A stretch of DNA of 32,000 bases from an uncultured archaeon (lineage in GTDB: Archaea > Iainarchaeota > Iainarchaeia > Iainarchaeales > JAAZKV01). Below are positions 23,848-31,586 of this stretch, piece after piece; the first letter of the stretch is position 1; each line of letters starts with the position of its first letter. The stretch is taken from assembly GCA_964551375.1 (NCBI GenBank), contig CAZKBG010000001.1, positions 630,001-662,000 on the forward strand, read 5' to 3'. A program made the translations under genes and the position numbers. Under the pieces are notes generated by a model, which was not told the origin of the DNA, did no database searches, and saw only the letters and a list, made by a program, of their open reading frames with translations.

Positions 23848-25224
23848 ATGATTAGGATGAAAGCCATTTACAACAAAATTCTAAAGAAAATCACGCCCAC
23901 AAAAAGCGAGATTTTAGAAGAACAAATGCTTGTTGCAAAAATACGCGAACAAATAGACTCTCTTGAAGGAAAACACTCCCATCTTGAATGGTGCGGCTCA
24001 AGCGCCCGCGGAACACACCTGCGCGGAGACAGGGACCTTGATTTATTTATCATGTTTGACAAAGCAATGCCGGGAGAAGAGCTTGAAAAAGAAGGGCTTA
24101 GAATAGCAAAGAAAATATTTAAGGGACATAAATGGGAACTTGCCTACTCCCAGCACCCGTACATCCGCGGAGAAATAAAAGGATTTGAAGTTGAAATAGT
24201 GCCATCATACATTGTTGCTAGCGGGGCTGAAAAACAAAGCGCAGTTGACAGAACCCCATTTCATAATAAATATTTACTAAATAAGTTGAGCGCAGAAGAT
24301 AAACAAGAAGCAAGACTGCTAAAACAATTCCTAAAAGGAATAAACGCATACGGCGCGGATTTGAAGAACTGCTCTCTCCCGGGATACGGAGTGGAACTAT
24401 TAATTGTAAAATACGGAAGCTTTGACAATGCAATACTTGAAATAAGCAGATGGTGGGCTGGAAAAATAATTACTTTCTCAAACCAGACTGAAGAAAACGC
24501 AAAAAAAGCATTTGCGAAAGAAAATTACCCCTTAATATTAATCGACCCTGTTGATTCATCAAGAAACGTTGCAAGCGCGCTCTCACGCGAACAATTTGAG
24601 AGAATTGTTTACGCAAGCCAATTGTTTTTAAAAAATCCAAGCGAAAAGTTCTTTTTCCCAAAAAATAAAAAACCGTGGGCGAAGAAAAAAGTCCTAAATG
24701 TGCTTAAGAAAAAAGAGCTTATTGCACTGCACGCGCACTTTCCAAAAAACGAGCTGAGCGACATTGTGTGGGGGCAACTAAGAAGATTTGAGAAAAAAAC
24801 AGCAAACCACTTAAAAGAAAAAGATTTTAGCGTAATGCAAAGCGGGGTATGGAGCGATGAGAAGGAAATAATATTCATGTACGAACTTGAAACCCTCACG
24901 CTTCAAAAGTCAAAAAAAGTAAAAGGACCAATGGCAAGCGACAAAGAGAATACCAAAAAATTCCTTGATAAAAAAAGAAAAATACTTTCAGGGCCAAGAA
25001 TAGAAGACGGACATATTGTTATTGAAATAGAACGCGAAGAAACAAGCGCGCACAAAGTTCTTGAAAAGTTCATAAAACTTGGAAAAAAAGACGAGAAAAA
25101 CGCGGTTAAAAAAATGCTCCAAAAAGCAACTGTTCTAAGCGAAGCCCAGATAATAAAACATTATAAAGGAGAATTCGCAAGCCACTTGACAAACTATCTT
25201 GAAGGAAAAGAAATATTTGAGTGA
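23848..25224 (+). CDS. cca: CCA-adding enzyme (archaeal class I tRNA nucleotidyltransferase)
   Basis: GSSARGTHLRGDRDLDLFIMF nucleotidyltransferase motif, with family-typical YSQHPY and DRTPFH segments. 458 aa. Confidence 0.9.
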   Translation: MIRMKAIYNKILKKITPTKSEILEEQMLVAKIREQIDSLEGKHSHLEWCGSSARGTHLRGDRDLDLFIMFDKAMPGEELEKEGLRIAKKIFKGHKWELAYSQHPYIRGEIKGFEVEIVPSYIVASGAEKQSAVDRTPFHNKYLLNKLSAEDKQEARLLKQFLKGINAYGADLKNCSLPGYGVELLIVKYGSFDNAILEISRWWAGKIITFSNQTEENAKKAFAKENYPLILIDPVDSSRNVASALSREQFERIVYASQLFLKNPSEKFFFPKNKKPWAKKKVLNVLKKKELIALHAHFPKNELSDIVWGQLRRFEKKTANHLKEKDFSVMQSGVWSDEKEIIFMYELETLTLQKSKKVKGPMASDKENTKKFLDKKRKILSGPRIEDGHIVIEIEREETSAHKVLEKFIKLGKKDEKNAVKKMLQKATVLSEAQIIKHYKGEFASHLTNYLEGKEIFE

Positions 25225-25228
25225 GAAA

Positions 25229-25468
25229 ATGAACAGAGAAGTAAAAAAAGGGCAGAAGTGGATTCACTACAAACACCCTGACAGAGAATACGCAATTATG
25301 GGAATTGCACAGGACTCAGACACGCTTAAAGAAATGGTTATTTACAAAGCGCTGTATAAAGATGAATTCCCTTACGGACAGCTTTGGGTAAGACTGCGCG
25401 AAGAATTCCTTTCAAAAGTAATGAACAAAGAAGGAAAAGAAATTGAGAGATTTACGAGAATCAAATAA
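25229..25468 (+). CDS. DUF1653-family small protein
   Basis: WIHYKHPDREYAIMGIAQDSDTLKEMVIYKALY...QLWVRLREEF matches the DUF1653 pattern. ATG 25229 is preferred over the track's TTG 25199, which overlaps cca. Confidence 0.7.
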   Translation: MNREVKKGQKWIHYKHPDREYAIMGIAQDSDTLKEMVIYKALYKDEFPYGQLWVRLREEFLSKVMNKEGKEIERFTRIK

Positions 25469-25494
25469 ACCATACTAATAAAGCTTGATAAATT

Positions 25495-25505
25495 AAAAAA
25501 AAAAA
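25495..25505 (-). terminator. oligo-T terminator after the tRNA
   Basis: T11 on the minus strand, 4 nt downstream of the tRNA 3' end. It is also positioned after the convergent DUF1653 gene. Confidence 0.4.
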
Positions 25506-25509
25506 GAAG

Positions 25510-25581
25510 CGAGCCCGGAGGGAATCGAACCCCCATCTCGAGATCCGAAGTCTCGCCGGTTATCCATTGCCACACGGGCCC
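25510..25581 (-). tRNA. tRNA-Arg(UCG)
   Basis: The reverse complement folds as a cloverleaf. Acceptor stem GGGCCCG/CGGGCTC has one G-U, and the D arm carries GG. Anticodon stem is CGAGA/TCTCG with loop CU-UCG-GA, and the variable region is 4 nt. T arm is GGGGG-TTCGATT-CCCTC and the discriminator is G. There is no intron and no encoded CCA. Confidence 0.85.
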
Positions 25582-25689
25582 TTTTTACGCAGTCTAAATA
25601 ACCCCCAAGTTTTGACTTGAAGCGATATTTATAAACGTTGCTTCTTAGAAAATACTTAGAAAGTTGAATATTTAAGCGTTGGTGAGACG

Positions 25690-25845
25690 ATGAAAACATG
25701 CACATCATGCAATAAAGTAGTAACAAAGAACCACATAGAGTTCAAATGCCCAAGCTGCGGCAAAAACACTCTGGTTAGATGCCAGCACTGCAAAGAAAGC
25801 TCAAAAGAGTACACTTGCAAAGAATGCGGATTTGTTGGACCATAA
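25690..25845 (+). CDS. small Zn-ribbon protein (COG2888/DUF1610-like), 51 aa
   Basis: Not in the track. SD GGTGA (25681-25685) precedes MKTCTSCNK..CPSCGK..CQHCK..CKECG, which has four CxxC pairs. Its position just upstream of aEF-1beta is a commonly conserved archaeal arrangement. Confidence 0.7.
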   Translation: MKTCTSCNKVVTKNHIEFKCPSCGKNTLVRCQHCKESSKEYTCKECGFVGP

Positions 25846-25884
25846 ACAAAGCTAATTTTTGATTAAAAGAACGAAGGTGAAAAA

Positions 25885-26145
25885 TTGGGAAAAGTAATGG
25901 TAATATTTAAAGTATTCGCGGACCCTGAAAACTTAGACGCTGTATGCGAAAGACTAAAAGCAGTAAAAGAAGGCGCATTTAGAGACTTAAAGAGAGAACC
26001 AATCGGGTTTGGAATCGAAATTATAAGAGTTGGATATGTAATCCCAGACAAAGTTGACGGAGCAATGCCCGCACTTGAAGCAGCAGTAGCAAAAGTTGAA
26101 GGCATAAAAAACTCAGAAGTTGAAGTTGCTACTTTAATTTCATAA
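25885..26145 (+). CDS. ef1b: translation elongation factor aEF-1 beta
   Basis: 86 aa. The TTG start gives MGKVMVIFKVFADPE, collinear with archaeal aEF-1beta N-termini, and SD AAGGTGA (25874-25880) lies upstream. The sequence ends in the typical ..EVATLIS-type tail. Confidence 0.85.
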   Translation: MGKVMVIFKVFADPENLDAVCERLKAVKEGAFRDLKREPIGFGIEIIRVGYVIPDKVDGAMPALEAAVAKVEGIKNSEVEVATLIS

Positions 26146-26192
26146 AAAAAGACAAACAAAAATAAACACGCTTATTTTGCTTTGAAAAAAGC

Positions 26193-26203
26193 ATTTTTTA
26201 TTA
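26193..26203 (+). promoter_or_regulatory. TATA-like box about 27 nt upstream of the rad50 ATG
   Basis: ATTTTTTATTA precedes ATG 26225 with no SD. It overlaps the T-tract following a small hairpin (TGCTTT-gaaa-AAAGCA, 26178-26193) after ef1b. Confidence 0.3.
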
Positions 26204-26224
26204 CTTCCCAAGCATGAGTTAGCT

Positions 26225-28279
26225 ATGCTCACTTCACTTACACTAAAAAACTGGCGAACGCACAGAGAAACCACGCTTGAATTTGGAAAAGGCACTAATG
26301 TAATTGTAGGAGTAATGGGAAGCGGAAAGAGCTCAATAGTAAATGCTATTAGCTACGCGCTGTTTGGAACATTCCCTGCAGTGAAAGGAAGAAGCGTATC
26401 GCTTGAAGAAGTAATTATGAACAAGCCAAACGAACAGGCAAGAGCTGAAACTATTATTGAATTCACACAGGAAGAGAACAAGTACAGAGTTGAAAGAATA
26501 ATAAAACGAGACGGAACAAACGAAGCAAAATTATACGAAAATAATAAACTTGCCGCCGGACCAAAACAAAAAGATGTAAATGAACGCGTGGAAAAACTCC
26601 TCGGGCTTAATTATGAACTCTTCAGCAGAGCGGTGTACGCCGAGCAAAACGAACTTGACTTTTTTTTAAAACTTTCCCCATCTGAGCGAAAGAAAAAGTT
26701 TGACGAACTTCTTGATTTGGCAAAATATGAAGATGCGCGCAAGAACTCAACCACTCTTCAAAACGAACTTGTAAAAGAAAACAAACAGAGAAAGGAATCA
26801 ATTGAACAGCAGAAGCGAACTATTCACAGCCATGAAGAAGACAAACTTGCAAAACAAATCAAGGAAGAAGAAGAGGCAATTAAACAAATAGAACACGAAT
26901 TAACAGGGCTTAAAAAAGCAATTGAGCAAACTGAAAAAGAATACAAACAATTATGCGAGACTGAAAAACAGAACAAAACGCTTGAAGATTTGATTCTAAA
27001 AACAACCTCGAGAATTGAGGGTCTCAAAGAGGATATTTCAAAAGGCGAGAAAATCAATCTTGCTGAAATAAAAACAAAAATTGAACACCTGACAAAAGAA
27101 GCCCTAAGAGCAAAAGAAGCATATCTTCAGTTTGAAAAAGAGCAGAAAGAATACGAAAATTCCTCAAAAAAAATAGGAGAAGAAATTAAAGTCCTTGAAT
27201 ATGAAAAAGACAGGCAAAATAGAGAAGAAAAATCAATCAAGGGCTTAACCGGCAAATGCCCCACATGCAAACAAGAGCTCAACGAAGCGCACAAACACTC
27301 AATTACAAGCGAAATAACCTCTCAAATAAAAAAAATTGATTCTGAACTTGTTGAATTAATGAAAAAAAAGAAAGAATTTGCAGCAAAAACAACAGAATGC
27401 GAAAAACAAAAAAACAGCGCAAGAAATGTGCAAGATGAGGCAAACAAGGAAATTTACAAACTTGAAGCAACGCAAAAAGAAGCGCATGCAATTGAAGAAA
27501 AGAAAAAGCAACTGCATCTGCTCGGCGAAGAACTGCCAAAAATAAAAAAAATGCTTGCTGACACCGGATTTGACAAGAAAAAGCTTGACAACACGCGCGA
27601 CGAACTTTACAAAAAGAAAAGCGAAATAGCTGTCGGGGAAACAAAAATAAAATCAAAAATAGAGCTGAAAAGAAGCTATGAACTAACGCTGGCAAAAATC
27701 GCTGAAATTAAGAAAAACATAATTGAGCAGGAAAAACAAATGATTAATGTCGAAGAAGCAACAAAAAATATAGGGATATTTGCAAACTGCCTTAGCGCAA
27801 CACAGGTTGAACTAAGAAGCTCGATGATTGAAACAATAAACTCCGCAATGAACATGATTTGGAGCGCGGTTTACCCGTACAAAGACTTCACTGATGCGCG
27901 ACTTAGCGTTGTTGAAGGCGGATATGATCTTGAAGTAAAAACAAGAAACGACAAATGGGTAAGAGTTGAAGGAATACTATCAGGCGGAGAGAGAAGCGCC
28001 GCAGCGCTTTGCATTAGAATCGCATTTGCGCTTGTGCTGACTAAGAAACTTTCAATGCTTATACTTGACGAGCCCACCCACAACCTTGATTCAAATGCAG
28101 TGCTCAAACTTAGCGCAATGCTTCGCGACGATTTGCCAAAGCTTGTTGAACAAATATTTATTATCACTCATGATAAAGAACTCGAGGCTGCTGCATCAAG
28201 CAACTTATACCTGCTCACAAGAAACAAAGACATTGACGAATCAACAAGAGCTGAAGCGCTTAATGCGAATTACAAATAG
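26225..28279 (+). CDS. rad50: Rad50-like SMC-family ATPase (compact, 684 aa)
   Basis: Walker A GVMGSGKSS, a long coiled coil with a central zinc hook C345-P-T-C348 (27257-27268), signature LSGGERSAAAL, Walker B MLILDEPTHNLD and His switch IITHD. Confidence 0.85.
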   Translation: MLTSLTLKNWRTHRETTLEFGKGTNVIVGVMGSGKSSIVNAISYALFGTFPAVKGRSVSLEEVIMNKPNEQARAETIIEFTQEENKYRVERIIKRDGTNEAKLYENNKLAAGPKQKDVNERVEKLLGLNYELFSRAVYAEQNELDFFLKLSPSERKKKFDELLDLAKYEDARKNSTTLQNELVKENKQRKESIEQQKRTIHSHEEDKLAKQIKEEEEAIKQIEHELTGLKKAIEQTEKEYKQLCETEKQNKTLEDLILKTTSRIEGLKEDISKGEKINLAEIKTKIEHLTKEALRAKEAYLQFEKEQKEYENSSKKIGEEIKVLEYEKDRQNREEKSIKGLTGKCPTCKQELNEAHKHSITSEITSQIKKIDSELVELMKKKKEFAAKTTECEKQKNSARNVQDEANKEIYKLEATQKEAHAIEEKKKQLHLLGEELPKIKKMLADTGFDKKKLDNTRDELYKKKSEIAVGETKIKSKIELKRSYELTLAKIAEIKKNIIEQEKQMINVEEATKNIGIFANCLSATQVELRSSMIETINSAMNMIWSAVYPYKDFTDARLSVVEGGYDLEVKTRNDKWVRVEGILSGGERSAAALCIRIAFALVLTKKLSMLILDEPTHNLDSNAVLKLSAMLRDDLPKLVEQIFIITHDKELEAAASSNLYLLTRNKDIDESTRAEALNANYK

Positions 28280-28346
28280 ACGCGGCGAGATGAAAAATAT
28301 TTATTAAAAAAAGCACTAAAATTAGAAAAAGAAATAATTGGAAGCA

Positions 28347-28553
28347 TTAATTTAATTTTTCTGCTTCCTTTCTCTTAGCAAGTCTGCAAATGTAACCAGC
28401 AAGAATATTTCTTGTAACTTTTGAAAGCTTTAAATCCTTCATTTCATCAAGATGCTTCTTGTTGTTGTCAAACTTATCGTTGAATTTTTCAGGGAACTCT
28501 TCAAGAAGAACTTCTCCCTTGTACTTTGTACCCTTTGCGATAGACTTTCCCAT
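28347..28553 (-). CDS. rps17e: 30S ribosomal protein S17e
   Basis: 68 aa. MGKSIAKGTKYKGEVLLEEFPEKFNDKFDNNKKHL....RNILAGYICRL is collinear with archaeal eS17. Confidence 0.85.
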   Translation of the reverse strand: MGKSIAKGTKYKGEVLLEEFPEKFNDKFDNNKKHLDEMKDLKLSKVTRNILAGYICRLAKRKEAEKLN

Positions 28554-28566
28554 TAAATCACCAAAA

Positions 28567-28776
28567 TTAATCGAACAATTCCACTCTTTTATTTAATCCG
28601 TTAGGAAACTTCCTTAAAATTGACAAAGGAAGAACCTTCTGATTAAATTCTTTTTCTGCAACTTCAAGCATTGAAAGTTCGCTAGTCCTTTTAACCAAAG
28701 GAGGCGCGCCCAAAGATAATTGAAGAGCTCTTGCAGAAAGCACTCTAGTAAGTTCAAATCTAGTCAACCTGCTCAT
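28567..28776 (-). CDS. rpoK: DNA-directed RNA polymerase subunit K (Rpo6)
   Basis: MSRLTRFELTRVLSARALQLSLGAPPLV is the canonical Rpo6 core. ATG 28776, preceded by SD GGTGG, is preferred over the track's TTG 28809. Confidence 0.85.
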   Translation of the reverse strand: MSRLTRFELTRVLSARALQLSLGAPPLVKRTSELSMLEVAEKEFNQKVLPLSILRKFPNGLNKRVELFD

Positions 28777-28876
28777 TTTCCCACCAGTATAATACTTCTC
28801 ATAAAGCAACCTTTAAAAGCGTTCCCAAAACACTAAAAAAAGGGAAAACCGCCAAAATAAGCTATTTTAACTAATT

Positions 28877-30475
28877 TTAGGCAAAACCAAGAGCGCGTTT
28901 TGTTGCAAAACCAGCTACCTGCGGCTGGGGGAGATTGGTTTTAGACGCAAAATCCTTTGCAAGCTTTAGAGACGCATGCCCTTTTACAAAAGCATTAGTT
29001 GAATTCGCATGAAGAACCCTATATCCCGCACTTTCGGAGAACTCCTTAAACTTTGCAATAGTAGCATCCTGAATTGAAACAATATTTTTTGCGAGAACTG
29101 TTGAGAAAAACTTTGAATTGGGATTAGTTAATTGAACCGGAATGCCTGACAACGCAATTGAAAGGGAAGAATAGAGTGAATTAAAATAATAAAAAGAAAA
29201 ATTCGGGCTTGTAAATAAATTCTGAGCAACTTGATCCATTCTTTTTCGCAAGCCGAACAAAAACGAGCTTGAAGAGCGCACCTCTTTTGAAAAAAAGCTT
29301 TCCTTATTCAAACAAAACCAGTTTAATTCATGAATGCTTTCTCTATTTTTTGAATTTTCTGCTGTTTCAAAATCTTTGCTTGAAACAAGCACTGCCTTTC
29401 CCTGAGAAATTAACCTCTTCGCATCCATTAAAGGAATACTTTTTGAATCCTCCCTAAAAAACGGGCCAACAGGAAAAGAACTTGTGAAAAACTCTTTTCG
29501 CTTTGAAATTCTCTGCTCTTTAAACGGCATTTCATTATGAAAATCAAGCGAAAAGTTTGAAGAAATTGATTCAAAGAATAAATTATCCTCCAAAAATCTG
29601 ACTTTTATTAATGAAGAGGGAAGCAAATTCTTCGCATCAAGAACAACAGGCGAACAGCATGAACAATTTTTTGTTTCAGGACCGATGTTAAAAAAAGTGC
29701 TTGTGAAGAGCTCTGCCCAAACTAATGAAAAGTCAAGTTTGGACAAAGACTCCCCGCCAAGCGGCTCAAACCCCAATCCCGAATACACTCTCTTAGATTC
29801 TTCAAAAGAAACAAGCTCGCCGTTTTTGAAAAATATATTCTCTATAAATATCTCAATTCGCGAGTCTTTATCCTTTGGCACTAATTCCATCGGAACAGCA
29901 AGCAAGTTACTCCAAGAAGCAAGCTCAACCAAATACAAAGCATCATCTTTACTCACATTCATAGCTTCAGAAAAAGGAATCTCCTTAGTAAGGAAGAACC
30001 CCAAATCAACTTCAGCCGATTTTTCGCTTCCCTGCGAAGATAAATCAATTTTAAAAAAAGAATTGCCTGATTTTTCAAAAGAATCAAAATAACTCCAGTT
30101 TTTTGAAATCAAAAAAGCGCGCTCTGGCTGGGGAACAAGAGGAAGCTTTCCAATATGCCGAGCAAGCGCGTTGGATATTTTTTTTAATTCTGAAAAAGAC
30201 AGCGCTTTAAGGCAAAACATGCCTCCCTCTTCTTCAAGGCTGAACCCCTTAAAGCCAAGGGAGAGAATCAGATCCTCAAGCTTGTCTTTTTCAAAACTAA
30301 ACGAAATCCTGGTGAAAGGAAAGAACTTGTGCCTCTCTACAACACGAGAAGATGAGTTGCTAAACTCAACCAAAACCTCATGCCTTGATTCAAGGTATGA
30401 AACCTTGGTTAAGTAAAATAGTCGCGCAAGCGGATTATTATCAGCGCCGAAAAAGGCATCTTTGTGTTGGGACAT
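28877..30475 (-). CDS. family B DNA polymerase-like protein, truncated and predicted catalytically inactive
   Basis: By-eye collinearity with Thermococcus-type PolB over several segments. PQPERAFLISK matches PFAKRYLIDK, and DALYLVELA..VPMEL matches EDAKVTYELG..LPMEA. YSGLGFEPLGG matches YEGGYVKEPERG. Motif A LDFSLVWAELFTSTFFNIGPETKN matches [22 protein letters not shown]. Motif B YYFNSLYSS matches KILANSYYGY, and motif C GYRVLHANSTN matches GFKVIYSDTDG. The exonuclease region is largely missing and the thumb is absent. Confidence 0.45.
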   Translation of the reverse strand: MSQHKDAFFGADNNPLARLFYLTKVSYLESRHEVLVEFSNSSSRVVERHKFFPFTRISFSFEKDKLEDLILSLGFKGFSLEEEGGMFCLKALSFSELKKISNALARHIGKLPLVPQPERAFLISKNWSYFDSFEKSGNSFFKIDLSSQGSEKSAEVDLGFFLTKEIPFSEAMNVSKDDALYLVELASWSNLLAVPMELVPKDKDSRIEIFIENIFFKNGELVSFEESKRVYSGLGFEPLGGESLSKLDFSLVWAELFTSTFFNIGPETKNCSCCSPVVLDAKNLLPSSLIKVRFLEDNLFFESISSNFSLDFHNEMPFKEQRISKRKEFFTSSFPVGPFFREDSKSIPLMDAKRLISQGKAVLVSSKDFETAENSKNRESIHELNWFCLNKESFFSKEVRSSSSFLFGLRKRMDQVAQNLFTSPNFSFYYFNSLYSSLSIALSGIPVQLTNPNSKFFSTVLAKNIVSIQDATIAKFKEFSESAGYRVLHANSTNAFVKGHASLKLAKDFASKTNLPQPQVAGFATKRALGFA

Positions 30476-30557
30476 TAGGAGGATGTTTTTTCCCCAATTT
30501 AAGTACTATTTGGAAGTATTTTGCCGGTGAGCAGATAAAACTGACAACTATACTAAA

Positions 30558-31577
30558 TTAAAGCTCATTAACAAAACAGCGAACCCCGCCGCCCGCAGCG
30601 CGATTTGCCCTAAGCGCAACAGGGGTAGGAATTACGGTTACTCCATTTGATTTTAGAAGTTCAATAGTTCTCTTTGCTTCTTTATCAACCATCACAGTAT
30701 TTTCGCCAAGAACCAAAAAGTTTGCTGGATAAATTGAAGCTTCTTCTTTAGGAACTGTAATAATTTTTGCCCCTGCTTGTTTTGCCGCAGCAGAAATAGC
30801 CCCTTGATTTTCTCTTAAGAAAAATTCATCAACAAGCATTATCTTCCCAGCTCTTCCGACAAATAAATCAGGATGATCAATATTTCGAAAAACTTTCTTT
30901 CCGACCATTTTTGACAAGTTATGCATTTCCTGCCAGCCGTCCTTTACAAAATAAAACATCATTCCTTCAGAAGCCAATCTTTTTACTGTAGGGGAATTTC
31001 GAAGATTTGCCGAAACAATCATCTGCTTCTCTCCTACTTGAACTACCTGCCCGCCTTCTCCAAAATTGTCAGGAGCGAACAGAGAATTATTTGGTTTGAA
31101 TCTTTTTTTTCCATGCTTAATCCAAAGATCCCTTGTCCAAAGAGCAGCAGGATCCACTGCAGGAACGCTGTTAATTTTTCCCATCTCATTTGCTTTTGCT
31201 TTGAAAACTTTAGCACTTCCTGAAACGCGTTTTAGAATAGCATCCTCGCTGAAAAAATACTTTGGAACAGCAATTTTGAATCCAAGCGAATTAAGTTTTT
31301 TAATAACAGCAATTCTTTCCGCGCTCACACGCCACACGGCTTTAGGATGATTTACAACAAACCCCATCATTGAAAATCCTGCAAAAAGATCTCCCTTCAT
31401 TCTTGTTGAATCAAGAAAAATTCCTTCTTTTGCATGGCGAACCCCTGTTAATCCCTGAAAAGACTTTGGATTTAATTGAGGAGTTCTGCCAGAACGATAA
31501 TCAGCGTATGCGCGCGTTTCCATATCAGGCTTTCTTCCAAGAGCCACTACAAAACGCTTTTTTGCATTAGGATTCAT
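30558..31577 (-). CDS. pentein (amidinotransferase / arginine deiminase-fold) guanidino-group-modifying enzyme
   Basis: 339 aa with the C-terminal nucleophile motif GGGVRC. Upstream are WTRD, FGEGGQ (an EGGD-like motif) and HPD segments in the order expected for the superfamily. Confidence 0.7.
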   Translation of the reverse strand: MNPNAKKRFVVALGRKPDMETRAYADYRSGRTPQLNPKSFQGLTGVRHAKEGIFLDSTRMKGDLFAGFSMMGFVVNHPKAVWRVSAERIAVIKKLNSLGFKIAVPKYFFSEDAILKRVSGSAKVFKAKANEMGKINSVPAVDPAALWTRDLWIKHGKKRFKPNNSLFAPDNFGEGGQVVQVGEKQMIVSANLRNSPTVKRLASEGMMFYFVKDGWQEMHNLSKMVGKKVFRNIDHPDLFVGRAGKIMLVDEFFLRENQGAISAAAKQAGAKIITVPKEEASIYPANFLVLGENTVMVDKEAKRTIELLKSNGVTVIPTPVALRANRAAGGGVRCFVNEL

Positions 31578-31586
31578 CGCTACACT

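Noticed and set aside
30474-30531. Plus-strand AGGAGG immediately followed by ATG and a 15-codon ORF in the gap upstream of the PolB-like gene.
   Set aside because: Zero spacing between the SD-like hexamer and the ATG is non-functional geometry. The AGGAGG overlaps the start codon region of the minus-strand gene, and the ORF is tiny with no features.
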